Source: Phoronis australis
Lineage: Eukaryota > Animalia > Phoronida
Direction: 5' to 3'
Length of the DNA stretch: 64,000 nucleotides
Assembly (NCBI GenBank): GCA_002633005.1
Contig: NMRA01000425.1
Location: 12,883 to 76,882, forward strand
In this document: piece after piece, positions 38,901 to 52,539 of the stretch
Layout: each line of letters begins with the position of its first letter
Position numbering within the stretch: position 1 is the stretch's first letter
The notes under the pieces: generated by a model
What the model was told of the DNA's origin: nothing
Seen by the model: the letters and a program-made list of their open reading frames with translations, nothing else
The model's database searches: none
Position numbers and translations under genes: made by a program

Positions 38901-40969
38901 TCGCGGAACTGCTGGCGTACACTGAAAAGTAAAATGTTGTCCAGGTCGAAACATACAGCGCCAGAGATGAAGGGGCACTGGAGGTGAGCCTCCTGGGGGA
39001 GATGAGATAACATATTTGGCATAAATGTTCACCGTTGCGAACAAGAATAGGAATGTCAGTATCGTTTTTCAAACGAACGACGTTATCGATAGAGGTCACC
39101 TCTTGGGGCAAGGCCAATCGTGCTCTGGTTTGCAATGCAAGTTGAGACGGCTATCCAAGCGTGGTTCAACGGCCCGCGAGGCGTCAGAGTGGGTTGAGGT
39201 AGGAGTACACAGGTGGAGGTATTCACCAAGGAGAACAACTGAGGGCTTAGGGCTCCACAACAAAAAAGATTGGGTTAAGCGGGCAGTAGGAGTAACGTCG
39301 ACATGGGTTGATCTGCCGTATGTGACAATCTCGGTGCCCTAAATGATGACCTAGCGTTTCACAGGACGAACAGCTATGTCATTCAGGGCAAGAAATGGGT
39401 TACTGGCGAGAATGTCGACCTCGAGGTGGCGGACGACCAAACCATCTAGTAAACGGAAGTTGTGGTTACCACGATGTAGCAATGTACTTCACCGGTGACG
39501 TCAAGAGGAGCGACACCGTCGGCCTGGCGAGCCAACTGGGAAGCAGGTGTTATGTGAAACCAAACATCTTGGCAGCAGAAGCACGAATCATGTTAGAAGT
39601 GACTAAGGTATCAAGGGTGATGGGTACAGGGTGATCCTCGTTGAACACCTTGAGGACAGGGGACTGAAGAATGTGCACTCTACCAACAGATGATTCGTCG
39701 AGTAACGCGCATCGCTCAAAGCTTTGGGAGACATTCTCGTCATCTACCCCCTCGTTGGGGGTATCAGGTTCGGAATCAGTGCGTCGGGATTTGGCAAAGG
39801 CACGTCTGCTACTCTCGGAATCTTCAATCGAGTAGTGTGAAGTGTGAGGGCCACCAGCTGTCTTGCAAAGCACGCAAGAGACAAATTTTCTACGAGTTTT
39901 GTCGTGGAAACCACGATCGACGACACGCAATGCTCGGGAGTCTTCGATGGAACACAATTCATCCAGGAGAGAGGAGAGCGCTTGCGAAATCTCTGGTTTC
40001 AACGAGGCCACGGTTTTATTACGATGTTCCGAACCGTAACACTGCTTCACTAACTGGGTGGATCGACTGCAACCATAAACAACATACCATGTTCTCCAAT
40101 GTGGGGCGGATGTCCTCGTCCTGGGTCACAATATCTCCGTGATGGGATAAGCCACAACCTATTTGTAAGGAGATTGTCCTCAGCGAAGGCGGACAGGCGT
40201 TGATAAAGATCTTCGGGTCCTTCGTCCGGTTAGAGCACAATCATTGACATGTCAAGAAACTGGGAACCTGTGGCTGCAAAGCCAAATTGCTGGAGTATTT
40301 TTGCCAAATATCTGACAGCGATGTAGACTGGCGGAAAATAGAATTTCTGCTGATAACAGGTCAGTAGTTAGAAATCTTTCCAAACTTGACTTCGAGATGG
40401 GCGTTTTTTTGGACTGTCATGCGGCGAGACGCCGCTGGAATTAAGTCCGCATCGTCAGCGAGGCCTTTAAGTAGCGAGGTCGAAATTTTCTTGAGCACCT
40501 TGAAGTTGTCATCGATGAAACATGCAAAGTTTTCGTCCAAGCTGAGCACATAAGTCAAATTTTGCCGCCATTTCTCAAAACTTGTAATAGTTTGTTAAAC
40601 ACCACTGCTTTTGGGGACAGGGACATAATACATGTATATAGTATGTACACAAGAATATCACGATTATGTAACGTACGAGTTAAGGAGTAAACGCCGAGCG
40701 AGTAGCGTTGGCAAGTTGCTTCCGGTAAACGAGAATTCTGTGGGTCGAAGTTGAGTTTGGGATGTCAATGCCCATATACGGACTATACGCGCTTGATTTT
40801 GTTGGCGTGAGAACCACCGCTGACACCACGCCAATAAGTAGAAGAAAGAGTCCAAAGTGAGTGAAGATACATTCGAAACACGTAACGACAGAATACAGCA
40901 AGGAACCGGAAGGAAATCTAACAGAAACCATAACTCGAAGACAAGAGTCCAAACATACTGTCTGGCGCT
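35947..40969 (-). mobile_element. Full-length but decayed Ty3/Gypsy LTR retrotransposon
   Basis: Short LTRs at 35947-36080 (TG..CA) and about 40829-40969. PBS-like TGGTGTCAG after the 5' LTR and a polypurine tract at 36084-36135. Frameshifted gag, protease (LDT), RT (IVDNLYVGG), RNase H (WIVTDGS) and integrase (H..FGHP) in Gypsy order. Confidence 0.88.
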
Positions 40970-41769
40970 GCGTGACTTTTCTTTATGATAAGGACTCGGC
41001 ACTTTGCTCCAACTACAACGCAGAGGACTCCATAATTCGGTATAAACGCAGTAATATATTTGGGTGGCAGGTAAGACACGGGCTTAGATGGTAGGTTAAT
41101 ATTATTTTATCCCCCCTCGTCCTCCCCCTCGATCCCTCCCTCCTATTCCCTTCCTGCGTCGCCCGTTACCTCTCAGTTTGATTCGACCCAGTTCAAGGTG
41201 CAACCATTAATTGAACAAAAGTGTTGCATATTTCCTAGGATTCCTTTACTTTGCTGAGATTTTACATTTCACATGCACACACTCCCAGCTTCTGTAGGGG
41301 GACTGTGTGGGTTCAAAGAGTTCAGTAATCTGAACAAAAGTGACCCAAATCTCTATTATAAACAACATACTAAATCACGAAGAATCAACATTTGGTCGGA
41401 CTTCAAAATCACTTGCCCGGACTTCAAAACCAGATGAATGGACTGCAATCAATGGCTGGTGGTCAGGCCTCACACCAGGTTGACCGATATCGCAAAACCA
41501 GATTATCACCACCAAAAAACTGGTTGTCCGGACCTAAAACGGGGTTACCGGTGCTGAAACACAACTGCCGAACAAATCGTCGATTTTGAACAAAACAAAG
41601 TGCACGGGTGGCGCACCATAGTGGGCTGGGGCTATAGCCCCCCACTTTTTTCAGTGCTTCGCCGAACATAAATCTATAGGTGGTGCCCCACAGGGGGGCA
41701 GAGAGGGCTTTATTCCCCACTATTTTCAATGCTGCGCCGCCCATGAAGTGGTATGAAAATGAACACTGT

Positions 41770-44700
41770 CAGTCGATTTCATAAAAGTGGACTTAGACCA
41801 GGTTTAAAGATAACCCGCATTTCATGAAGTTGGTTTAACTTTTAGACCATTGGTCTATTAAAACCTGGTTTAACTCCAGTTGTAACCTGGTCTAAGACAC
41901 TTTTTATTTCACCACCGTAGTTGAAGTTTCTTAGACCTGTACTGAGGCTTTAAACCAGGTTTAACTTTAGAACTGGTCAGACCCAGATTTAACACTTTTA
42001 AAGATGGCTGACTCAGACTTGCGAGATATACATGTGCTCTATCGAACAGGTGAAAGACGTTGCGGCGTGCGTCGTCGACGCAATTTTAGAGCGAGACTAA
42101 ACTATTTGGAATTTTACGACGCGACAGACTTCAAAAATCGGTTCCGAATGACAAAACAGACAATGAGAGACATCATAAGACTGGTCAGAAACCGACTAGC
42201 ACCTTTAGCTCTGAGAAACCAGAGGTATTACGTCAGAGCTACCACTGCTTACCTGTCTGTGATTCTATGCAACCGGCAGCTATCAACGCGTCGCAGGCGA
42301 CCTGAGCAGCAATAGTGTGGCATCTGTCTGCAGGATTGTGCTGAGGGTAAGCGAGGCGATCGCATCACTAAAACCACAATACACCAGCATGCCCTATCCG
42401 ACAGAAGCCAACAGAATCAAACAGTTTTTTTCGCGTTGTTCATTTCCCTGCAGTTGTCGGTTGTAATGATGGTACACACATCAGAACTGCTTGTCCATGA
42501 GGAATCAGGAATCGTGCCGCGTACGTCAATCGAGGTTTTACTCGTTCAATGTACAGGCAGTATGCGACGCATCAATGATGATTCGCAATGTCAGCCCACG
42601 ACAGCATAATGTTTCGCAACAGCACACTGGCAGAAAAGCTTTAAAATGGAAGGATCTGGGGTTCATTTCTTTGCGACAATGGATATGCGTGTGAAAGATA
42701 TCTATTGACCCCTGTACTACGACCAACCACAGATGCAGAGGTGCGTTATAATACTGCCCACAAACGTACTCGAAATATCATAGAGAGGGTTTTTGGGACA
42801 CTTAAGAGACGTTTTCCCTGCATCAGCATATATTCTCGACTACAGACACTGCCCAGGCAATCGTTGTGTCGCTGTGTGTATTGCACAACATGTCAAGATC
42901 GAACGGGGACGAAGATTACATTCCCCAAGAAGATGATGGTGATGAAGACCTCAACATCAATGTTGTTGCACGTGACGGGCAAAGAGGACTAGTGTTTAGA
43001 CGTTTGCTGATTCAACACCATTTCGCGTAATAACAAAGAAGTGTTTGAATTGTAAATTGATGAACAAGTCATAAACTCATATGTTGATGTATATAAATAT
43101 ATATATTCATACGTTTTGTTCACACAAACTGAAAACAACGAATGCATGCTTGATGCACTTGTCAAAATTTAACAAAATCTGACTACACAGTAAAAATCAG
43201 TGTTCTTTCTTACGTTAATGTACTTATTGCTTTCTATAGTTTCTTTTCTTCCAAAAGAAGAACTCTTTCCTTGAGGTCCATGACTTCCATTTTCCTGTAA
43301 TGCTCTTTGCGTTTCATTATCAGAATTTCGGCAGGTACAATTTCGTTGTTATAATTGGCACGCGTAGAAGCTGAAACAAAATATATCAATTGGATTGAAA
43401 GCCAAAAAGTGTCACAGTGGTTTCTTCTGGTTGTAAATTTTTCATAAATCTATATACATGTAAGGAAAATTGTTACAATACACCGATTCTTCGTTAATTG
43501 GACATTCTGAAATCACGAAAAGTCAAAAATGTAATTATGAATTGTTGGCACCAATATTAATGGTTAATTTCAATCGATGACTGGTTTATAATTGTTCAAT
43601 GTAAATCTATAAGTTTTTCACACAGAGGCCCAATGAAATATCAGTTGTCCTATATATCATTCATGCCGACCTTCAAACCAACCACGCGCATATAAAGCGT
43701 TATGAAATTAAGACAACATTCTTTTTAATCGTTTATTTTAATAATTACGAAACATGCAATCCCGTTCATGCGACTTTGTCAAGGAAAACGGCGTTAAATA
43801 TTAAAGTGTCTGAATAGCAGTAATGGTTTCGGAATAATACATAAAATTTCTCATGATACGGAAAATATTTCTGCAAGTGTTTCCGCAAAAACGCCTACCA
43901 TGAACGGGACTTACATGTACATGTAGGTTCATGTATGAAAAAGCTGCCTACCTCGGGAATTTAACGGCTTTTCTGACTCCACTGCTTTTATAGCACCAAG
44001 AGGGCTTCTCAGGCGCAATGGAGCTTGGTGGCTTTGTGGCGTACCCTGTCTACTTATCCCTAAGTACATGTAGACTTTTCTTGGTTGTCACGCGCCGGAC
44101 TCCGTGTACTCGAACTACCTGCGGGACTCGAAAGGGGAGACGGTGTTTGCTGTGTATTCCTTTTGCGGCTCGTCCCGGGTGCAAGGCTCCTTGAGCACAT
44201 TGAGACTGAGTTATTGTGGACTGCATCGACTGTGGCTGATAAGAAGACAGCAAATTCAAATGTTGACCTGTACCTGTTGCAGTGTGTACCTCGGACTCCG
44301 TAGAGTCCGACTGGCTAAGCAGGGCGTCATCGTCGTAAGCATTTCGGCAGTACTGACGACGTCATCGTCTAGGATCAGGCCTTCATTTTTTAGCGTTTCC
44401 AAAAGTCATTTAACTGTTTGTCGTTGCGTTTTTCTGATGGCGGGAACTGTGCAGTCTAGACCCAATGTCCCTCCAAGCCTGTTGCTTCCGTTAACTTGTT
44501 TTGACGTCACTTTTCTTGTTCTCTATGACATCAAGTTTTTCTGCAATGAGTTCCGTCACGAAATTTTTTCTACTGATTTTATTGATGACAGTGCCACCAG
44601 AAAAATACTTCCGCACTGATTTTACCAACAACTGCGTGATAGCAGTCATTGAACCCACGTGATCACAGTTCCATTGGACCACTTTAATAGTTTTTTTGTT

Positions 44701-44909
44701 GGGTTTACCCAGCTCGACACAGTCGGGTGCCTTTGATACTTTAAACCTGGTTTTACTGAACCAGCTTCCTGGTCTAGCAAAACCAGGCTTTCGGACTCTT
44801 AAACCATGTTGGTGAAATGCAAGTCAGATCTAAAATAAGATTAGGTTTAGGAAGACCAGGTTTAAGTCTTAAACCTGGTTTTGTTAAACCACCTTTATGA
44901 AATCGGCTG
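41770..44909. mobile_element. PIF/Harbinger DNA transposon (decayed)
   Basis: TIRs cagtcgatttcataaaagtgg / ccacctttatgaaatcggctg with repeated aaaccaggttt subterminal motifs. Frameshifted transposase on + at 42004-43030 ([40 protein letters not shown]) and a convergent Myb/SANT-like gene on - at about 43200-44690. Confidence 0.88.
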
Positions 44910-45351
44910 CATATGTCACTTGAATCCTTCGAGACATTGAAAACAAGTTTCTAAGGAAGTTCTTTCGTCGTGTGAGATAACCGGCCGACTGGTTATAGCA
45001 CCGGCCATCGTGTTTTGGGTCCATCCAACTAGTTTTTTCGCCTGTTGAAGGGCGGACAACACGTTTGATCACCGGCCATTTGGTTTTGCAGTCAAGCCGA
45101 TTATATGTCCGATTTGCCTTCTGATTGATCGGCATGTGATCGATGCATTATTAATACAGAGGAAAAATTACCGCAACTAATGATTTACTTAATAATTTTA
45201 AAGGTGCTTCCGGATTGTTCTGCTGAAGGTATGACATAAAAATTTAAAATATATACGACATTTAATGCTTAAGGTCATGTAGGACTCTAGAGAAATGTCC
45301 AAATTTGACTAAATTCGGGCAGTAGGCCACAGGAGGCCTAGAAAACCACTT

Positions 45352-48332
45352 CTGTGACCATTTTAGGGGGACAACTTAATTCAGGGGCAACTTAATTCCC
45401 ACGTTTAAACTTGCTCATTTTTGTGAAATTTGATGTTAAAATTGTGCCGATTCAGCAAATTTTACATGGAATTAAAAAAGTTAGAGAAGAAGAAAATTAA
45501 GTGTCCATAAAAGATGATACTGCAGATAATATTCCTACAGTCATTATAAATACAAACTTTGTTATATTTTTCAATTGAAACGTAGAACTATGGAAGAAAT
45601 ATGAATTTATGGGTGCCACCTGTTGGTGAAATATGGAACTACCATTCATAGTGTTTTATGCTGTTTTTACTGTTGGTGAAACTATAATTATCAAACTGTC
45701 TATGAATCACTCTTATTTTATCACACATTTACTATTCTGTCATACAAAACCAATCACTTCTACAAGTCCAAAGCATGCAATTTTTCAAAAAATGGCGACA
45801 AAAAGTACAGAATAGCAACAAATGCAATTGGAGGAAGTACAAAATGCCGAGAAATTGACAAGATAAAAAGCCATTACTAGAGATGTAAATATGAAAATAG
45901 AAAAATGTTTCACAAATCACCAGGCTCACTGGGTCAGTTACTTGCCTGGTTTCTGTCTCTTGATGAGACGTCTTTCCAAGTTCCTCCGGCTGGGATGCAA
46001 GTCCATCACACTGTTACTCATCATCTGACTCAATTTCAACACTAACTTTGACATTCCCACAGTTTTGGCACTTGCACATTTCAGTGCATTTTAGGCCAGC
46101 ATAAACATAAAGAACAAATGTTTGTTTAACAACAATTCACTCTGATTCCGTTTTGGACTAAGGAATTGTAAAATAAAGTAAATTCTCTGTAATTTCAATT
46201 TCAGATTTCTAGTTCGGACACGTACATTACAACCTCTTTTGGATAAAGTTTCCTCGAGGAGTGACCTTAACAGAGTCAAATGCAATATTTCCCCATGCAA
46301 GATTATTGCTCCAAAACTTCAAAGCAAAACTCTTGAAATACATCTGTGAAAATTTCACTATCGTTAGATTTCTGTTTTGTCAGTAGTCTTGTGAAGCTTT
46401 TGTAGCAAGAACGATGGTACTTGATTTCGAGTGCTACTAGATCTCTTCCCTGTACTCTGATTAAAAGTCCATGCCATTTCCTGCCTTAGCAGCATCCAAA
46501 AACAACCCACCTACAACCAAGTAAATTAAAAATAAAAACCGTTGTTAGAGTTTAAAAATACAGAAAGCATTGTTGGCCGTTCCTGCAAAATGATCGATGT
46601 TGACATGTACTGATTTCTTTATTACAAGAACTGAATGGAAGTACAGACAATGATCAAAAGGCAGATAGTAAACACTCAAATAAGACATGCATATATACGG
46701 CCTAGCGTGTTGTGCTCAAAATTGAAAAAGATACCCATGGGTTTGTATGAAAAATGGTCTTAAAACAAATTTTTGTTTGAAAATTAGCATACAATTTCAG
46801 ATATGCACACAAGTCTTTACAATCATGCAAGTATTCTAAATTGTACTTTCACTCAAAGAAATTTTGTTATTTCAAAAACACATAAAAGAAGAACTTTTGA
46901 AGATAGTGTTCCAACAACACTGTACATAATTACTTAGAAAGCAAACAAACAACAAACTATGTTGAATGAGTAAAACCTCAATAAAAATGACTGTTCTCAA
47001 AATATTTGCTACGTGCTTTGTTATTCTTCAACCATAAGTGTGAAGCTGCACCTGCATCTGAAATAAAGGCACCTATGCGCCTTTTAGCACAACCTGAGAG
47101 TAAAAGTAGCTTGAAAATGTTAAAGGTGGTGCCCCAGATATAGGTGCATTCTGTAATCAATAATTACATTATAGTAGAACTAGTAAAACTAAAAAACGAC
47201 TAGCGTCGGTACTAAAATATATTAAAATATCCCAACGTTTTGAGCGATGCGCTCTTTGTCAATGATGTGCTATGGACTATTTTATATTTTTATTTATCGG
47301 TAACCGCACGGCATTCCAACATGTATTTGATTTCAGTACTGGGACTTTGTGCGTGGTTCGTTACTGTAGGCCTCAGCTAATCACTATTTTACTCTATTTT
47401 ATGTTATTTATTCACCAAATTGTACATGTGTATAGCTGTCTGTATTTTACTTCATGTAATTATTACCGACTGGGTCCACTTGAAAATCAGTGTAACTATT
47501 CACTGAAGTGGTCACCCAGTCTTTTAAAGAAGTTTGAATACATAAATAAATAAATAAATAAATAAATAATGACATTGATGGCCAATCACGTGGGCCCAGG
47601 GTGTAATCTCCAAACTCAGACTCAAAGCCTAACTGTTCACAGTGCACAATTCAAGTAAATTTACTAGAAGTGACCTGTTTCCTATTGAGGCACTGACTCA
47701 ATGACTTGCATCAATTTATCATACTCCCACGAAAAATTTAACCCTCACCATCATCTTGGTCGTAATCAGGGGGTTCTATTCTCGGCATACTTTATAGTTT
47801 CGCAATCTTTCCTCTTCGCTCTTTCAATCTTTGAAACGCCAATAAGCTTGTGATTTGTGATACTACTGCCTGGAACTCACGTCAATCCCTGAAGTTACTT
47901 GATGCAAATGCCAACTGGTGACACACATTGTGCTCATTACTGTCTTCATCTCCAAAGGAAAGCCATTCTTTCACACAGTCAATGCTCTTTGCCCATGTCA
48001 CTTTCGAGAAACTCAACAAATTAGATGAATTTAGTGCTTGAAAGTGTATGCAGCATTTATAGACAGCATCTCTAAGGGAGCCGCCATGTTAGATTAGGTC
48101 TGCAGTTACTTAATTTGTGATCTTGTGATTGGCTAAAATGCCATCTTGTGCTAGTCTTTTGTTGGATTTAGCGCTACCTCTTGTTCAATAATGTAACATT
48201 TGGACTGACAAAAAACTATTTTTCTACAAAAAGTGTGCAACTTAAAACGTGGGAACTTTTCAGGTATCAATTGCTTAATGGTATATCTAGCCATACAGAA
48301 AAAATCAAGTTGCCCCCCTAAAATGGTCACAG
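45352..48332. mobile_element. Unclassified TIR DNA transposon (deleted or decayed)
   Basis: ctgtgaccattttagggggacaactt at the left end and its reverse complement aagttgccccccctaaaatggtcacag at the right end; decayed coding-like sequence on - inside. Confidence 0.65.
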
Positions 48333-48480
48333 GATGAAAAGACTGGAGCTACGGCCAATGGCCTGGATAACACGAAAAAGTTTTCTCCTTAATCTACTAT
48401 TCTGTATCAATAAATGAACAGTTTATGCCCTACTAACACGCGTGTTTACACAACATTCGAAAACTACTCAGACTAGCTAA

Positions 48481-48485
48481 GTGTG

Positions 48486-48554
<69 letters not shown>

Positions 48555-48610
48555 ATGCGTATACGCGTGCGCGCGTGTGTGTGTACGTGCCCGTGTGTGT
48601 GCGTGTGTAT
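48481..48610. repeat. (TG)n microsatellite
   Basis: Long perfect TG run followed by degenerate TG/CG. Confidence 0.97.
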
Positions 48611-48845
48611 ATATGGGGGGTTTGGTGGGTGTGGGTTAGATTTAGCGCAAAAATGTAACGAAAAATGGCGCAAACCAAGTAAATTGATAGGCAAGACGGG
48701 TTTAATGCCCCTTTAAGTATTCGTATAAGTGTATGGTGCCGACAAGGTGCAACTGGAATCAGTGTTTTTTCTTTTGCTGAAGACATTGCAATTGGGAAAA
48801 GATGCACTCGCCCTGCAGAACGCCGAGTAAGTGACACAGGTGCAC

Positions 48846-48931
48846 TCAAAGTTCACAGATGTAGCGACCTACATCAGTACACGGTCTCCCCTCCATTGTT
48901 TGGTTACCAGGATTGAAAGCGAGGCAGGGAT
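48846..48931 (-). CDS. Copy D exon 3: CTL C-half (divergent)
   Basis: ctcttttcag acceptor, phase 1; (D)PCLAFNPGNQTMEGRPCTDVGRYICEL*. All three Cys, FNP and RYICE are kept despite heavy divergence. Confidence 0.72.
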
Positions 48932-50121
48932 CTGAAAAGAGAACGAAACACAGTAACACTCTGTGGATATAGGGTCATACAATAACTATTTAGAATATCG
49001 AATTTCCGATATGAAATAAAAAGAGTAAACTTGCTCATACTCATCCATTCACTATGTGGCTATGGATAATTAAGTCGGGCATTCTTAAAAATTATTCATA
49101 TTTATACATACATTTTATTGAACCTTTGGTGCCGTTTCAGACAATTGCGTTCTTCAGTGAAAATTAGGAGTGCAGTGACATTTACGAAAAATGAGATAAA
49201 CCACTCCAAGTATATATCCGAAATTTGCAGATAAAGGTTTTCTGATAAGTAAAAATTTGAATTGTACTCCGAAGAATACAGTGCGTTGTCAAAAACACAA
49301 AATGCTGGATTGGGTTCTATTACAGAGTAAACGTTTCCTTTGTTAAATTTCATTTCAGGGGTACTACAGATAATCATTAATCGAATAAACAATTACGACA
49401 TCTATGCGACACGTAAATATTGCACAAATGAATTATTATAAAACAATTGAAAACAGCAATAACACACACACAGAAACACACACTCTTAGCTAAGCAATTA
49501 TGAGCAATCGAAAGTTACGAAAATACAATTATTTTAATCCTTCTTAATGAATTTTTCATTGAGGTTAACTGTAACACAATATAAACACCCAAAAAATGTC
49601 TTCTTGAAAAACGTCTGGCATGCGGGTAGGTTATGGAAACTGGTTCTAAGACTGAAGCTGAAAAGATATCAAACCCCAAACTACAATATACCTCGGTATC
49701 TACCAAGGTTCACAAGTCGGTGATTGTAAAGAATGACTAGCGTAATTGTCGGGTTTGTTAACTAATTTTGCAGTGAAATTCTTGGTTGTATGGAACTGTA
49801 CCTTAAGAGTCTCTATTGATGAACAATAATAACAAAATTAAAATGAACCAATGAAATTATGTTTGATTTGATAACTACAACTCGATCAAAACACAAATTC
49901 GCAGCGCAAACGCTCGCGGCTAATATCGGAGGCACAAGTTGTAATATCTGAATACATAGCTCACGTACGGCAGTTGGCATTCCAGGGCTAGATATGGACA
50001 TAAGTACAGTGTAATGTCAAAAAGCATTTTTTCCACTTGCGTGTTTATGTATATGACAAACTCGCTTATTGCTCCTCTTTATACTCATGAAGAACTTTTA
50101 CGTTAAAAGTCTAATACATAC

Positions 50122-50655
50122 CAGCTACTTTCCACACCTCAACGTCAGTCCATTTAACGTTGCTTCCACAGTAGAAATGACCGTCGTAGGTGGTTTTACC
50201 GGACAAGCAGCAGCCGTTAGACGGGAAGTACTTGTTGGAGCTGTCATACGAGTAGCTACCAGAGAAGAACAACAAGGAGTGATCCAGACCAAAAGATGGA
50301 CCATAGTTGTTCTTGTCGTACAGAGCGTATTCGTAATACCAGAACGGGACGTACTTGACTGTTGTGCATCCTTGTCTACACAGCCGAAATATGAATGCGT
50401 TGTTGTCGGGCTTGTACATATTGGCACTTGTCCAGGAGACAGAGGCATACCCACCGAACGTGGTTCCACTCGTTGAATCTTTCCCAATAGACATGGTTGG
50501 GCCTTTATTGTTGCATCTTCTGTGAAATACTGAAGCGTTCATTCCGTCACGTGATGCTCGGTACAGAAGCTTGAATCCCTTTCCTGGGAACCATTGTCTC
50601 AGCAAAGCTACATGGTCTGTAGTCAAGAGGTTTGAACTGAGAATGCCCTCCCTGT
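50122..50655 (-). CDS. Copy D exon 2: TLDc domain
   Basis: ttttag acceptor, then AC AGG GAG with no ATG at the exon start, so it behaves as an internal exon. G|GTATGT donor; 534 nt. Confidence 0.88.
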
Positions 50656-51067
50656 CTAAAATTCAAACATATGCAGTCAAAGTGTGTCATCCATATTTTC
50701 ACACAGAGCACTGCGATTGTCGCTGTTGGAATCATAACCAAACAACACAAAGGCGGTACCTACGATATTAGTTTACACACAGCCAAAGAATCGGTCACAA
50801 CGAAACGTAAAACCTGAGTAGTTTATTCATTAACTTATCAAACGTAACTGAAAATGCCGCTAGAAAAACAACAGACTGTTAACACTTACTTGTACGAACA
50901 AATAAATTAAGTAAAGGTATTCAGTTAATCTATGCTAAAGGTGATGAGATTTCAAAATAATCACAAGTGTAAGGTGGTCATGGATCTTTCAGACAGACAG
51001 ACAGACAGGTTTGTTCACCTAAAATGCTATTGAAAAATTGACATTTCCCGCTATTGGCATTTAATAC

Positions 51068-51770
51068 CTTTTCCCGTCTCTTTTCCATCAGCCCATATGA
51101 TGTCGCCTTTTTTAAAAGATTCTTGACCAAGGAGAGACCTCAAACGATGAGAGTCCATAGAGACTATGTGAGAATTCTCTTCTAGACATTTTCTCCGTGC
51201 AGTTTCCCAATCCACTGATACGTTGCTCAGTTTAAAACACGAATGTCCAAAGTAACGATATTGGCTTGGGCAGTACAGTTTACTTAGAATGCGTTCGAAG
51301 GAGGACGATGACATTTCTTGTTGACGTATCACTTCCTGTAGTAACTCGGTTATATTAAGTGAAAACTCATTGTGAAGGTCTTTAATCTCCGTGTGAAAGC
51401 GATTCGTGATTCTTAGAATCGTCGACTTAAAATCCCAGTTCTTAAGACTTTCTTCACCGCTTTTGTTTCGCATTCCTTCAAGCTCCGTTTGAATCCGCGT
51501 CACGGTTTTCAGAATGGTCGATTGAAAATCCCGGTTCTTCAGTTTTTCTTCAATGCTATTGTTTCGCATTTCTTCAAGATTCGTTTGAAAGCGAGTCATG
51601 GTTTTCAGAACAGTCGATTGGAAATTTCGGTTGTTTTTTTCTTCCTGTTTCAGTAAAGAGATGACGGATTCTTCGAGAACAGATCTCTTTACGACAGAAG
51701 AAACCTTCTGGAGAAACGCGACTTGATGACACAGCACAACGATGCCTACTAGGAGGTTAGCGTTGAACAT
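51068..51770 (-). CDS. CTL/TLDc gene copy D exon 1: signal peptide, three coiled-coil units, CTL N-half
   Basis: MFNANLLVGIVVLCHQVAFL; YCPSQYRYFGHSCFKLSNVSVDWETARRKC...IIWADGKETGK; AAG|GTATTA donor. Length 703 nt = 3n+1. Confidence 0.75.
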
Positions 51771-52539
51771 TTCTGCTGATGAGTTTATCGACAAGAATAA
51801 GAACGTGTACAGTTAGGTTGCTTCACAACACCAACAAGCTACAAGTGTCCACAACCTGAGAATATCACTCGAGCTTGTGACAGTGACATAAGTGTAGCAT
51901 CTCTTTATAATGTGAACTTTTGTGATAGGTAAAACGTGGCCTTTTAAGGTGTAATGTTTTCCTTTTATCGGAAACACTGATAATTCCATGAAAACTGTCA
52001 CGTGTTTGACTGCAAGATACAGCTGAAGGTCCACACACTCGTATGTGGACACGTATGTGAACAGAGATGAGAAAGGTAACTACTTTCTTTTGAAAAAACC
52101 TGCGTATTTATAAAACAGCATTCTCACAATCAGCGGTATCATTCTTAACTAAACGCCTGCTCCATGAAGATGTCCATACCACCTCCAAGCAAGTCACATT
52201 CCTCCTGACAGTCTGGCATGACAGGGTGGTAAAAGCAGTTGTCGCATTACGTAAAGAAGCCCAACGTACGTGTTGCTGGGTACGTGTGTTTGATATTCCC
52301 ATTGTAAAACTGGTAATGTCACGTATTAGCGCCCAGGCACTTATTTTTCTAAAACAATTTTGACTCGGTCCTGCATAGTATTTTGTTATTTTTATTTATA
52401 TTATTATTTATTAAAGTGAAATAAGGGAGCAAGTGAATAACGAGGACATAATATCAAATACAGAAAGCCTCAATGGGCGTAATCAGTCTCCTCATAACAA
52501 TTAAATCATAAAATAACATAATGCACACATCAAGGTAAA

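Noticed and set aside
47230-47264. Second hammerhead-like motif on the minus strand
   Set aside because: The core is degenerate (TTGACAA...AAAA) and lacks the required conserved nucleotides.
48433-48849. His/Thr- and Cys/Val-repeat ORFs
   Set aside because: These are translations of the (TG)n microsatellite.
50069-50476. Plus-strand and alternate-frame ORFs over TLDc exons (also 25773-26198 and 7619-7819)
   Set aside because: Shadow ORFs of the real coding frame with no recognisable motifs.
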